The notes under the pieces: model-generated | Told to the model about the DNA's origin: nothing | What the model saw: only the letters and a program-made list of their open reading frames with translations | Databases searched by the model: none | Assembly: GCF_000196555.1 (NCBI RefSeq) | Contig: NC_015067.1 | Location: 1,830,001-1,862,000, forward strand | Length of the DNA stretch: 32,000 bases | Source: Bifidobacterium longum subsp. longum JCM 1217 | GTDB taxonomy: Bacteria; Actinomycetota; Actinomycetes; Actinomycetales; Bifidobacteriaceae | Direction of reading: 5' to 3' | Position numbers and translations under genes: made by a program | Shown: in pieces, positions 18,711 through 26,630 of the stretch | Position numbering within the stretch: position 1 is the first letter of the stretch | Layout of the letters: the number at the start of each line of letters is the position of its first letter

Positions 18711-19795
18711 CGTGAGGCCTCCTTCACGGTCTTGTCGTCGGACTGGTCATGCTGCTTGGCGCTGGCCGCGGGTTTCGCGCCCTTGCCGGCGGCGCCGCGG
18801 AACAGCATGCGGTTGACCAGACGCGGCAGTGAGAACTCCCAGGATCCGAAGATGCCCTGCGGGCGGAAGATCATGACGAGCACCAGCACCACCGAGTAGG
18901 CGAGCATACGGTAGTCGGCGAAGGCGCGCAGCAGCTCGGGCAGGATGGTCAGGCCGATGGCGGAGACGATCGAGCCGGTGAGCGAACCCATGCCGCCGAA
19001 CACCACCATGATCACGTAGTTGATGGAGTTGAGCCAACCGGCCATGGTGGGGTTGAGCGAGCCGATGTACTGGGCGAAGATACCGCCGGCGATGCCCGCG
19101 AAGAACGCGGAGATCGCGAAGACGAGCACCTTGAGGTACGTGGTGTTGAGTCCGGAGGCGCCGGCGGCGATCTCGTCGTCGCGGATGGCCTTGACCGCAC
19201 GGCCGTAACGGGAGCGGCCGAACATGAAGAGCACGACCACGGTGACCACCATGATCCAGAACACGACGTACAGGTTGGCGGTGCGTTCGATGCCGATCAG
19301 CGCCTGTCCGGCGGCGCCCTTGTCGAGGCCCATGCCGCCGGCTACCTTGAGGTTCTGGATGATCACGCGGATGATCTCACCGAAGCCCAGCGTGATGATG
19401 GCCAGGTAGTCGCCGTGCAGTCGCAGGGCAGGAATGCCGATCAGGATGCCGAACACGCAGGCCACCACGCCGCCGATCAGCGTGGTGAGCAGGAAGCGGG
19501 CGGTGGGGTCGATGGCAATGCCGGCGGCGACCATGTATTTGGAGGTCAGTGCGGCCACGTAGGCGCCGATGGCCTCGAAACCGCAGCATCCCAGCGTCAG
19601 CTGGCCGAGCACGCCGATGGTGAGGTTCAGGGAGGTGGTCATGATGATGGCGATGCACGCGGTCATCATGATGCCCTTGATGTAGGAGTCGGCCAAGCCG
19701 GATTCGCACAGCGCCATCACGATGCCGAACGCGGCGAGGATGCCGATGAAGCACACAAGATAGGACTGTTTGGTGGAAAGCATTGTCTTCTTCAT
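18707..19795 (-). CDS. livM: Branched-chain amino-acid ABC transporter permease, LivM type
   Basis: 362-aa polytopic membrane protein with the LivM-like motifs LNLTIGVLGQLTLG and FGEIIR. It starts 4 nt after the livH stop. Confidence 0.85.
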   Translation of the reverse strand: MKKTMLSTKQSYLVCFIGILAAFGIVMALCESGLADSYIKGIMMTACIAIIMTTSLNLTIGVLGQLTLGCCGFEAIGAYVAALTSKYMVAAGIAIDPTARFLLTTLIGGVVACVFGILIGIPALRLHGDYLAIITLGFGEIIRVIIQNLKVAGGMGLDKGAAGQALIGIERTANLYVVFWIMVVTVVVLFMFGRSRYGRAVKAIRDDEIAAGASGLNTTYLKVLVFAISAFFAGIAGGIFAQYIGSLNPTMAGWLNSINYVIMVVFGGMGSLTGSIVSAIGLTILPELLRAFADYRMLAYSVVLVLVMIFRPQGIFGSWEFSLPRLVNRMLFRGAAGKGAKPAASAKQHDQSDDKTVKEASR

Positions 19796-19799
19796 CTGA

Positions 19800-20726
19800 T
19801 CAGACCTTCTCCCCTTCGTTCTTGCCCATAATGCCGGACGGTTTGACGAGCAGCACGATGATCAGGATGGCGAACACGATGGCGTCGGAGAACGCCGAGG
19901 TGATGATGCCCGCCGTGATGGTGCCGATATACGCCTTGGTCAGGCTTTCGATCAGACCGATGGCCAGACCACCGATCATGGCGCCCGGGATGGAACCAAT
20001 GCCGCCGAGCACGGCGGCGACGAACGCCTTCAGGCCCAGCATGGCGCCCATCATAGGCGAGACCTGCGGGTAGGCGGCGCAGTACATCAGCGAGGCGACC
20101 GCGGCCAGACCGGAGCCGATGGCGAATGTCAGGGCGATGGTGGAGTTCACGTTGATACCCATGAGCACGGCGGCCTCCTTGTCTTCGGAGACGGCGCGCA
20201 TGGCCTTGCCCTGCCTGGTGAATTTGACGAACAGCTGCAGGCCCACCATGATGACCAGGCCGATGACGATGGTCAGCAGGGTGTCTCCCGGCAGCTTGAG
20301 CTTGCCGAACGCGATGGACGGCAGGTGGAAGATGGTCGGGACGGTCTGGAAGTCGGCGCCGAAGATGGCCTGTGAGCCGTTCTCCAGCAGCAACGACATG
20401 GCGATGGCGGTGATCAGGGCGGTCATGGAGTTGCCCTTTTCACGCACCGGCTTATAGGCGGCCTTTTCGACGATCACGCCGACGGCCACGCATACCAGGA
20501 TGGCGGGAATGACCGCCACCCAGGCGGGCAGTCCCATGGCCACGATGGCCGGAATGGTGAGCATGAGCACGTAGGCTCCGACCATGATGAAATCGCCGTG
20601 GGCAAAGTTGATCAGTCGGATGATGCCGTAGACCATGGTGTAGCCCAATGCCACCAGCGCGTACACGCTGCCGATTTTCAGACCGTTGAACAGCTGGCTG
20701 ATGAACATGATGATCTGATCGGTCAT
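19800..20726 (-). CDS. livH: Branched-chain amino-acid ABC transporter permease, LivH type
   Basis: The LivH-like N-terminus (QLFNGLKIGSVYALVALGYTMVYGIIRLINFAHGD) is diagnostic. The SD AAAGGGGGAG lies before the ATG. Confidence 0.88.
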   Translation of the reverse strand: MTDQIIMFISQLFNGLKIGSVYALVALGYTMVYGIIRLINFAHGDFIMVGAYVLMLTIPAIVAMGLPAWVAVIPAILVCVAVGVIVEKAAYKPVREKGNSMTALITAIAMSLLLENGSQAIFGADFQTVPTIFHLPSIAFGKLKLPGDTLLTIVIGLVIMVGLQLFVKFTRQGKAMRAVSEDKEAAVLMGINVNSTIALTFAIGSGLAAVASLMYCAAYPQVSPMMGAMLGLKAFVAAVLGGIGSIPGAMIGGLAIGLIESLTKAYIGTITAGIITSAFSDAIVFAILIIVLLVKPSGIMGKNEGEKV

Positions 20727-20865
20727 AGCTCCCCCTTTCTATCAATGTTGTGGTTCTCTACCGCTGCGCGCGTAGAGATATTCGTATGTCTTGCGATTGA
20801 TGGCGCGATACGCCCGCGCCTGGCGATATCCGCATATCGACGGCTGTCCTTATGCATCCGAGCCC

Positions 20866-20910
20866 GTGAAAACACGAAAGGGAGAGGACCGGCAAAACCG
20901 GTCGCTCTCC
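20866..20910 (-). terminator. Intra-operon intrinsic terminator/attenuator after the binding-protein gene
   Basis: Minus strand: GGAGAGCGACCGG-TTTTG-CCGGTCCTCTCC (one bulged base), followed by CTTTCGTGTTTTC. Confidence 0.6.
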
Positions 20911-20967
20911 TGTTCATGCGGAAGTCATGCTAGGACATCGTGATTATGCGGTGGGAATTCATGGAAT

Positions 20968-22155
20968 TCACTTGGGCTGCACGGTGGTGTTGTACACCGG
21001 CTTGCCGTCCTTCATTTCCAGCACGGTCACGGACTTGGTCGGCGAGCCGGACTTGTCCATGGTGAACTTGCCGGTCACACCGTCGAAGGTCATGCCGGCC
21101 ACGGCGTTGCGCACATCCTCACGGGTGGCGTTCTCGCCAGCCTTCTCGATGGCCTGCTTGATCATGTAGATGGTGTCGTAGCCCAGAGCGGCGAACGTGT
21201 TCGGCTCGGCGTTGTTCTTGGACTTGTAGGACTTGATGAAGTCCTGCACCTTGGTGTTGGTGTTGTCGTCGGCGGAGTAGTGGGTGGTGTAGTAGGTCTT
21301 GTTGTACTGGGACTTGTCACCGGTGAGCTTGAGGCCATCGTATCCGTCGGGTCCCATCACGTAGCCCTCGAAACCCACGGAGCGGGCCTGCGGGATGATG
21401 TACGGGCCAGCCACGGAGTAGTAGTACGGAGCGTAGAGCAGCTCGGCGCCGGAAGCCTGGATCTTCTGCAGCTGGGCGGAGTACTCGGTGTCGTCGGCGG
21501 AGGAGGAGCTTTCCTTGTCCACCACTTCGAGGCCGAGCTTTTCGGCGGCCTTGGCGAAGGCCTCTCCCACGCCGGAGGAGTACGGATCGCCGGTGCCGTA
21601 GAGCACGGCCACCTTCTTGACCTTCAGGTTCTCGGCGGCGAAGCGTGCAGCCACCTCACCCTGGTAGGAGTCCTTGAAGCAGGTGCGGAACAGGTAATTG
21701 CCGGTTTCGATGGAGTCGGAGGTGGCGGCCGGGGCGATGGTGACCAGCTTGGACTGGTCGGCCAGCGGGGCCACGGCTGCGGTGGTGGCGGAAATGGTCG
21801 GGCCGGCCACGGCGAGCACGTTGTTGTCGCCGGCGAGCTTGTTGTAGGCGTTGGAGGCTTCGGTGGCGTCGCCCTTGTCGTCCATGGACTCGAGCTTGAC
21901 CTTCTTGCCGTTGATGCCGCCCTTGGCGTTGATCTCGGAGACCGCCAGCTCGAAGCCCTTGACCTCGGCCTCGCCGTAAGCGGCGGCGGTACCGGAGTTG
22001 GTGGTCACGGTGCCGATGGTGATGGAGTCGCCGGAGGCCTTGGCACTGGAGCTGGAGGAATCATCCATGCTGCCGCCGGAGCAGCCCGCGAGGGACAACG
22101 CCATAACAGCGGCCGCGCTGGCCGCAACGAACTTAGTGGAGAACTTCACGTTCAT
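20968..22155 (-). CDS. livK: Periplasmic-binding-protein type-1 substrate-binding lipoprotein (Leu/Ile/Val-binding family)
   Basis: From the ATG at 22155: MNVKFSTKFVAASAAAVMALSLAGCSGG, a signal peptide with a lipobox (LAGC), followed by a Ser-rich linker and a LivK/BraC-type PBP1 fold. The SD GGAAGAGG lies directly upstream. The track start at 22194 is rejected. Confidence 0.88.
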   Translation of the reverse strand: MNVKFSTKFVAASAAAVMALSLAGCSGGSMDDSSSSSAKASGDSITIGTVTTNSGTAAAYGEAEVKGFELAVSEINAKGGINGKKVKLESMDDKGDATEASNAYNKLAGDNNVLAVAGPTISATTAAVAPLADQSKLVTIAPAATSDSIETGNYLFRTCFKDSYQGEVAARFAAENLKVKKVAVLYGTGDPYSSGVGEAFAKAAEKLGLEVVDKESSSSADDTEYSAQLQKIQASGAELLYAPYYYSVAGPYIIPQARSVGFEGYVMGPDGYDGLKLTGDKSQYNKTYYTTHYSADDNTNTKVQDFIKSYKSKNNAEPNTFAALGYDTIYMIKQAIEKAGENATREDVRNAVAGMTFDGVTGKFTMDKSGSPTKSVTVLEMKDGKPVYNTTVQPK

Positions 22156-22397
22156 CCTCTTCCTTCTTCCTTGGGATATTTCAACATCGTTCATCTGTCA
22201 ACCAACGCGCGGGATGTGCGCGTGAGACGTTCCACTCACATAATTCGCATACCACAGAACTACATCACACGGCTTGTGACCGTCATTCACGTCTCTCTCA
22301 TCCGATGTTTGTCGCGGACTGTTATAACCAGACCGGCTTTGAACCCGCAATAAATTGTTCTTATTATGAGACAGCGCAATTACGGAAACGAGAATAC

Positions 22398-22419
22398 AAT
22401 CCCAAGGAAATGTGGGATT
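22398..22419 (-). terminator. Probable terminator hairpin after prmC
   Basis: AATCCCA (22398-22404) pairs with TGGGATT (22413-22419), 8 nt after the prmC stop. On the minus strand it is followed by GTATTCTCGTTTCC. Confidence 0.45.
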
Positions 22420-22427
22420 CGTGGGGC

Positions 22428-23336
22428 TTAGGACACTGCAAACAGGTAGCGGTCGCGACCCGTCCAGTCCTGGCCGGTCGATGCGGCAGCGAATCCGGTG
22501 GCACTGGCAAAGGCCACGAGACGATCCCCCTGGGTCACGTCATGTTCCATGACAAGCACGCCCCCAGGCTTGAGAAGACGGCAGGCCCGCTCGATAATGC
22601 GCTCGGGAATCAACGTACCGTCCATCGAGCCGCCATACAAAGCCAATTCCGGATCCCAATCACGCACTTCCGGCTGCTCGGGAATATCGGTCTGCGGCAC
22701 GTAGGGGGGATTGGTGATGACGATATCGACGGTGCCGTCCAATTGGGCCAATGTGGCGAAGGACGTGGCATCCGCGATTTCCAGATGGTAATTCGAGGCA
22801 ATGGATGGGTACTTTTTCGCGGTTTCCGACAGATTCCTTCGCGTCCATTCGGCGGTGTTCGGCGACAGCTCCACCGCCCACACCTGGCTGCCGGGCACCT
22901 CGCTGACAACGGACAGCCCAATCGCGCCGGAGCCGGCGCACAAATCGACCACACAAGGATGGATCATGCCGTTTTTTGTCAGCCAGTCAAGGCCGGCCTG
23001 CACCACGGTTTCGGTTTCCGGACGAGGAATGAACACTCCGGGACCGACCTTCAGGTCAAGGTAGCGGAAAGGAGCATGCCCGGTGATGTATTGCAGCGGC
23101 TCGCGCTTGGCACGGCGGTCGAGCATGGCACGGAAGACGGCAAGCTGTCCGGTTGTGCCAAGTTCCTCCCCCATAAGCAGAGCCCTGTCGACGTCGCGCA
23201 GTTCAACGCCTGCCGCCTCGGCAAGGAGCAACTTGGCATCATGCTCAGGCGTCTCAATACCCGCTTCGCGCAATTGCGAAGAGGCTTGGTTGATGATGTC
23301 GGTAATAAGCACTGGCGGTCTCCGTTGATCGGACAT
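22428..23336 (-). CDS. prmC: Release-factor glutamine N5-methyltransferase (PrmC/HemK)
   Basis: SAM-binding VVDLCAGSGAIG and catalytic ITNPPYVP motifs, and the position directly downstream of prfA. Confidence 0.9.
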   Translation of the reverse strand: MSDQRRPPVLITDIINQASSQLREAGIETPEHDAKLLLAEAAGVELRDVDRALLMGEELGTTGQLAVFRAMLDRRAKREPLQYITGHAPFRYLDLKVGPGVFIPRPETETVVQAGLDWLTKNGMIHPCVVDLCAGSGAIGLSVVSEVPGSQVWAVELSPNTAEWTRRNLSETAKKYPSIASNYHLEIADATSFATLAQLDGTVDIVITNPPYVPQTDIPEQPEVRDWDPELALYGGSMDGTLIPERIIERACRLLKPGGVLVMEHDVTQGDRLVAFASATGFAAASTGQDWTGRDRYLFAVS

Positions 23337-23338
23337 TA

Positions 23339-23388
23339 GGCTCCCCTCAGTCAGCTTCGCTGACAGCTCCCCTCACAGAGGGGAGCCA
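23339..23388. repeat. Structured repeat in the prfA-prmC spacer; shares a 26-nt core with the 17022 element in inverted orientation and carries copy 2 of the 22-nt hairpin
   Basis: The reverse complement of 23344-23369 is GAGCTGTCAGCGAAGCTGACTGAGGG, versus GAGCTGTCAGCGGAGCTGACTGAGGG at 17036-17061. That is 25/26 identical, and the single difference lies in the hairpin loop. 23367-23388 matches 11751-11772 at 20/22. Confidence 0.8.
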
Positions 23389-23398
23389 TCCGGCAAAG

Positions 23399-24487
23399 TC
23401 ATTTCTGATTGGCCAGACGGTCGGCCTCGTCGGCTTGGATGTCGGAATCGATGACGGCCTGCAGGTCGCCGTCGAGCACGGCGTCAAGGTTGTAAGCCTT
23501 GTAATTCGTGCGATGGTCGACGATACGGTTTTCCGGGAAGTTGTATGTGCGGATTCGCTCGGAGCGATCAAGCGAACGTACCTGCGAGTGACGCATGTCG
23601 GCGGCCTCGGCGGCCTCCTGCTCATGCTTCATGGCCAGCAGGCGGGACTTCAGTACGCGCAACGCGGCGGCACGGTTCTGAATCTGCGACTTCTCATCCT
23701 GCATGTTCACCGTGATTCCGGTTGGCAGGTGGGTCATGCGCACGGCGGAATACGTGGTGTTCACGGACTGGCCGCCGGGGCCGGAGCTCATGAAGATGTC
23801 GATTTTCAGGTCTTTCGGATCGATCTCGATCTCGTCGTCATCCTCGTCGGCCTCGGGGAACACGATGACGCCGGCAGCGGAAGTCTGGATACGGCCCTGC
23901 GATTCGGTGACGGGGATGCGCTGCACACGGTGTACGCCGCCCTCGTACTTCATCGAAGCCCACACGCCGTCTTCGGGAGCGGGCGTGCCCTTGGCGCGGA
24001 TGGCGATCTGCACGTCCTTGACGCCGCCGAGCTCGGTGGTGTTCTCGGACTGCACGTTCACGCTCCAGCCACGCTTCTCGGCGTAACGGGTGTACATGCG
24101 CAGCAGGTCGCCGGCGAACAGTGCGGCTTCCTCGCCGCCGGTGCCGGCCTTGATCTCCATGATGGTGTCGCGCGCATCATCCGGGTCACGCGGGATCAGC
24201 GCGGTGCGCAGCTTCTCCTCGACACCGGGCAGTTCGTCTTCAAGACGCTTGGCTTCCTCGGCGAAGTCGGCGTCCTCGCCGGCCATCTCCTGAGCGGCTG
24301 CCAGATCGTCCTTCACCTGCAACCAGGCTTTGTAGGCACCCACGATGGCACCCAGTTCGGCGTGACGACGACCCAGCTTGCGCAGCTTGTCCGGGTTGGA
24401 CACGACTTCGGGGCTTGCCATCTGTTCTTCGATGGACTGGTACTCCTCAAGCGCGGTTGCCGCCGCCGGGAACTGTTCGTCTGCCAT
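23399..24487 (-). CDS. prfA: Peptide chain release factor 1
   Basis: GGQ motif [11 protein letters not shown] and the RF1-type tripeptide anticodon PVT ([10 protein letters not shown]). Confidence 0.95.
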   Translation of the reverse strand: MADEQFPAAATALEEYQSIEEQMASPEVVSNPDKLRKLGRRHAELGAIVGAYKAWLQVKDDLAAAQEMAGEDADFAEEAKRLEDELPGVEEKLRTALIPRDPDDARDTIMEIKAGTGGEEAALFAGDLLRMYTRYAEKRGWSVNVQSENTTELGGVKDVQIAIRAKGTPAPEDGVWASMKYEGGVHRVQRIPVTESQGRIQTSAAGVIVFPEADEDDDEIEIDPKDLKIDIFMSSGPGGQSVNTTYSAVRMTHLPTGITVNMQDEKSQIQNRAAALRVLKSRLLAMKHEQEAAEAADMRHSQVRSLDRSERIRTYNFPENRIVDHRTNYKAYNLDAVLDGDLQAVIDSDIQADEADRLANQK

Positions 24488-24571
24488 AACACACTTTCTT
24501 CTGTATGGTGCTGTTCTGTTCGATTATTCGATTGCGCAGGTCAATGCTGCAACAAAACTTGTCAAAGAATA

Positions 24572-24632
24572 CAAAAAACGCCAGTCCTCGATCGGGTATG
24601 CCGGAGCATGCCAAATCGAATCGGACTGGCGT
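24572..24632 (-). terminator. Intrinsic terminator after rpmE (long imperfect hairpin)
   Basis: On the minus strand, ACGCCAGTCC ... GGACTGGCGT (10-bp stem; the loop has further internal pairing) is followed by TTTTTTGT. Confidence 0.6.
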
Positions 24633-24640
24633 GAAGTATG

Positions 24641-24853
24641 CTACTTGCTCTTCTTGCCGTAGCGCTTCTCGAAGCGAGCAACGCGGCCACCGGTGTCAAG
24701 AATCTTCTGCTTGCCGGTGTAGAACGGGTGGCACTGAGAGCACACGTCAACGAACATGTGATCTTCCTTGCCAGCGGTGCGGGTCACGAAGGTGTTGCCG
24801 CACGAGCACGTCACCTCAACGGGGTGATAATCAGGATGGATACCCTGCTGCAT
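24641..24853 (-). CDS. rpmE: 50S ribosomal protein L31 (zinc-binding, Cys-containing form)
   Basis: [66 protein letters not shown]. It has the CxC...CxxC motif, and the SD AGGAGA lies 6 nt before the ATG at 24853. The track ORF is over-extended by 44 codons. Confidence 0.93.
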   Translation of the reverse strand: MQQGIHPDYHPVEVTCSCGNTFVTRTAGKEDHMFVDVCSQCHPFYTGKQKILDTGGRVARFEKRYGKKSK

Positions 24854-24990
24854 TTTACGTCTCCTATGGATTCGGGGGACCCGGGTCGTCATGCCCCTAT
24901 GGCAAGACGTGAACCGGAACCTAAGGGATTGTACGCGCCTATCTGGACGTGAAGACGCGCTGCGCCGCCGCAGGAGACGACGCAAAAGAG

Positions 24991-25064
24991 TGGGGCCGCA
25001 GGGGCTTGAACCCTGGACCGGGCGATTATGAGTCGCATGCTCTAACCGACTGAGCTACGGCCCC
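24991..25064 (-). tRNA. tRNA with anticodon CAT (elongator Met, or Ile2 if lysidine-modified); CCA not encoded
   Basis: Minus strand: GGGGCCG-TA-GCTC-AGTCGGTTA-GAGC-A-TGCGA-CTCATAA-TCGCC-CGGTC-CAGGG-TTCAAGC-CCCTG-CGGCCCC-A. This is a full cloverleaf with a 7-bp acceptor stem and a GTTCAAG-type T-loop. It lacks the initiator features: pair 1-72 is not mismatched and the anticodon stem has no GGG/CCC. Confidence 0.85.
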
Positions 25065-25181
25065 ACGTTCGCTGCGTAAAACAGCCAACTTGCCAAAGTG
25101 TAGCACGAGCCCGCTAATGCCGGCACGCGCGCCATGCACCCATACCATGCACCCGCCAGCAACAAGCAGCATCTCCCGGCG

Positions 25182-26411
25182 CTACTTCTCCCCCATGTAC
25201 CCCAACGGGTTCTCGATGAACCGTCGCAAGCCCATTTCGGCCGCGCCATATAGCGAGGGATGCAGCGCCACCGGCGGCACAAACACGCGAATCTTCACAT
25301 TCGGGTATCCCAGAATTTCCGAACGCAGCCGGCCTTCAAGCACGGTGGCCAGCTCGTCGCCGAAGTGCGTCCACAGTCCACCCAACAGCACCGTATCGAC
25401 ATCCACCAGATTCACGGCGGAAGCGATGGCGGAAACCAGCGCATCGGCGGCCTGATCGACCACTTTGGCCACATCCGAATCCCCGGCTCGCCAACGCTGG
25501 AGGAACATATCGATGGCCTCGCTGCTGGTGGCATCCCCATCCTCGGCAATGCCGGCAGCCTCGACCAAAGCGCGACGGCCCGCAAACGCCTCAAGACACC
25601 CGTGACGCCCGCAGCTGCACAACGGCCCATCCATCGCCACGGACAGATGGCCGATCTCGCCGGCGAATCCGTGCGAGCCCATCACCACTTCGCCGTCGCG
25701 CACCACCGCGCCGCCGATGCCGATATCGGTAGACAGGTAAATAAAGGAGTCCGTGCGGTCCACCACATTCAGGAAGGGCGCACGTTCGGTGGCATACCCC
25801 GGAATCTGAGCGATGGCGGCCATCTTCGCCTCATTGCCGGCCACCACATCCAGCCGGCGCACCACGTTGAACCGGGTGAGGTTGACGTTTTCCCAACCCA
25901 GATTGCGGGCCACCAACAGCCACATGTCGTCGGTGACGATGCCCGGCAGCGCAAACCCGGCTCCCACCACCTTGCAGCCGCGTCGTTTGAGCCGGCTTTC
26001 CAACGGGAAAGTCATCGCATCGAGCTTGGCGAAGATCTCGTACGGGTCAGTGCCGGTCATATCCTCACTCACCCACTCCCGGCCGAGAGTGTCGCCGTTC
26101 AGATCGAGTGCCAGGCAACCGTAACCATCGGTGTTGATCTGCAGGCCGATGCCGGCGATGGATCCGCCGCGAATCTCCAGCGGCGTGCTGGGCCGCCCAT
26201 ATGTGGTGGAAACGACCGGCTCGCCTTCCTGCACCACGCCGCTTTCAATGAGCATCGAGGCCAACAGCGAGAGCGTGGCCTTGGTCAGGCCCGTCTCCTT
26301 GGCCAGATCGGCACGACTCATCGGTTTCTGCGCACGCAATAAGGTGTCGAGCGTCACCGACAGGTTATGGTTGCGCAGATCCTCCTGATTGATCCTGCGT
26401 AGATTTGCCAT
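25182..26411 (-). CDS. ROK-family transcriptional regulator (NagC/XylR type), putative regulator of the adjacent xylose genes
   Basis: N-terminal winged HTH (MSRADLAKETGLTKATLSLLASMLIESGVV) and the ROK zinc motif GHLSV...CSCGRHGCLE. It is divergent from xylB. Confidence 0.88.
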   Translation of the reverse strand: MANLRRINQEDLRNHNLSVTLDTLLRAQKPMSRADLAKETGLTKATLSLLASMLIESGVVQEGEPVVSTTYGRPSTPLEIRGGSIAGIGLQINTDGYGCLALDLNGDTLGREWVSEDMTGTDPYEIFAKLDAMTFPLESRLKRRGCKVVGAGFALPGIVTDDMWLLVARNLGWENVNLTRFNVVRRLDVVAGNEAKMAAIAQIPGYATERAPFLNVVDRTDSFIYLSTDIGIGGAVVRDGEVVMGSHGFAGEIGHLSVAMDGPLCSCGRHGCLEAFAGRRALVEAAGIAEDGDATSSEAIDMFLQRWRAGDSDVAKVVDQAADALVSAIASAVNLVDVDTVLLGGLWTHFGDELATVLEGRLRSEILGYPNVKIRVFVPPVALHPSLYGAAEMGLRRFIENPLGYMGEK

Positions 26412-26531
26412 TGGCCCCTACCTCCTCGCACCCCTAGTCTCGAGCGCCGCACAGGCGCTCACATCCGTCTATCACACCATGATATTGTGCGTCAAACGAT
26501 TGAATCGGACCGCACCTTCGCGTGTTTCCGT

Positions 26532-26561
26532 TTGCAATCGAACGTTGAGATACAGTATAGT
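26532..26561 (+). promoter_or_regulatory. Candidate xylB promoter: TTGCAA, 18-nt spacer, TATAGT
   Basis: TTGCAA at 26532-26537 and TATAGT at 26556-26561, about 70 nt upstream of the xylB ATG. The spacer contains CAATCGAACGTTG, a possible operator. Confidence 0.4.
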
Positions 26562-26630
26562 TTAATCGTCTAACTTATTGGCTATGGCGCGCCGAAACTT
26601 TTGAGCGCGACCCTCATCGAGGAGGAATGC

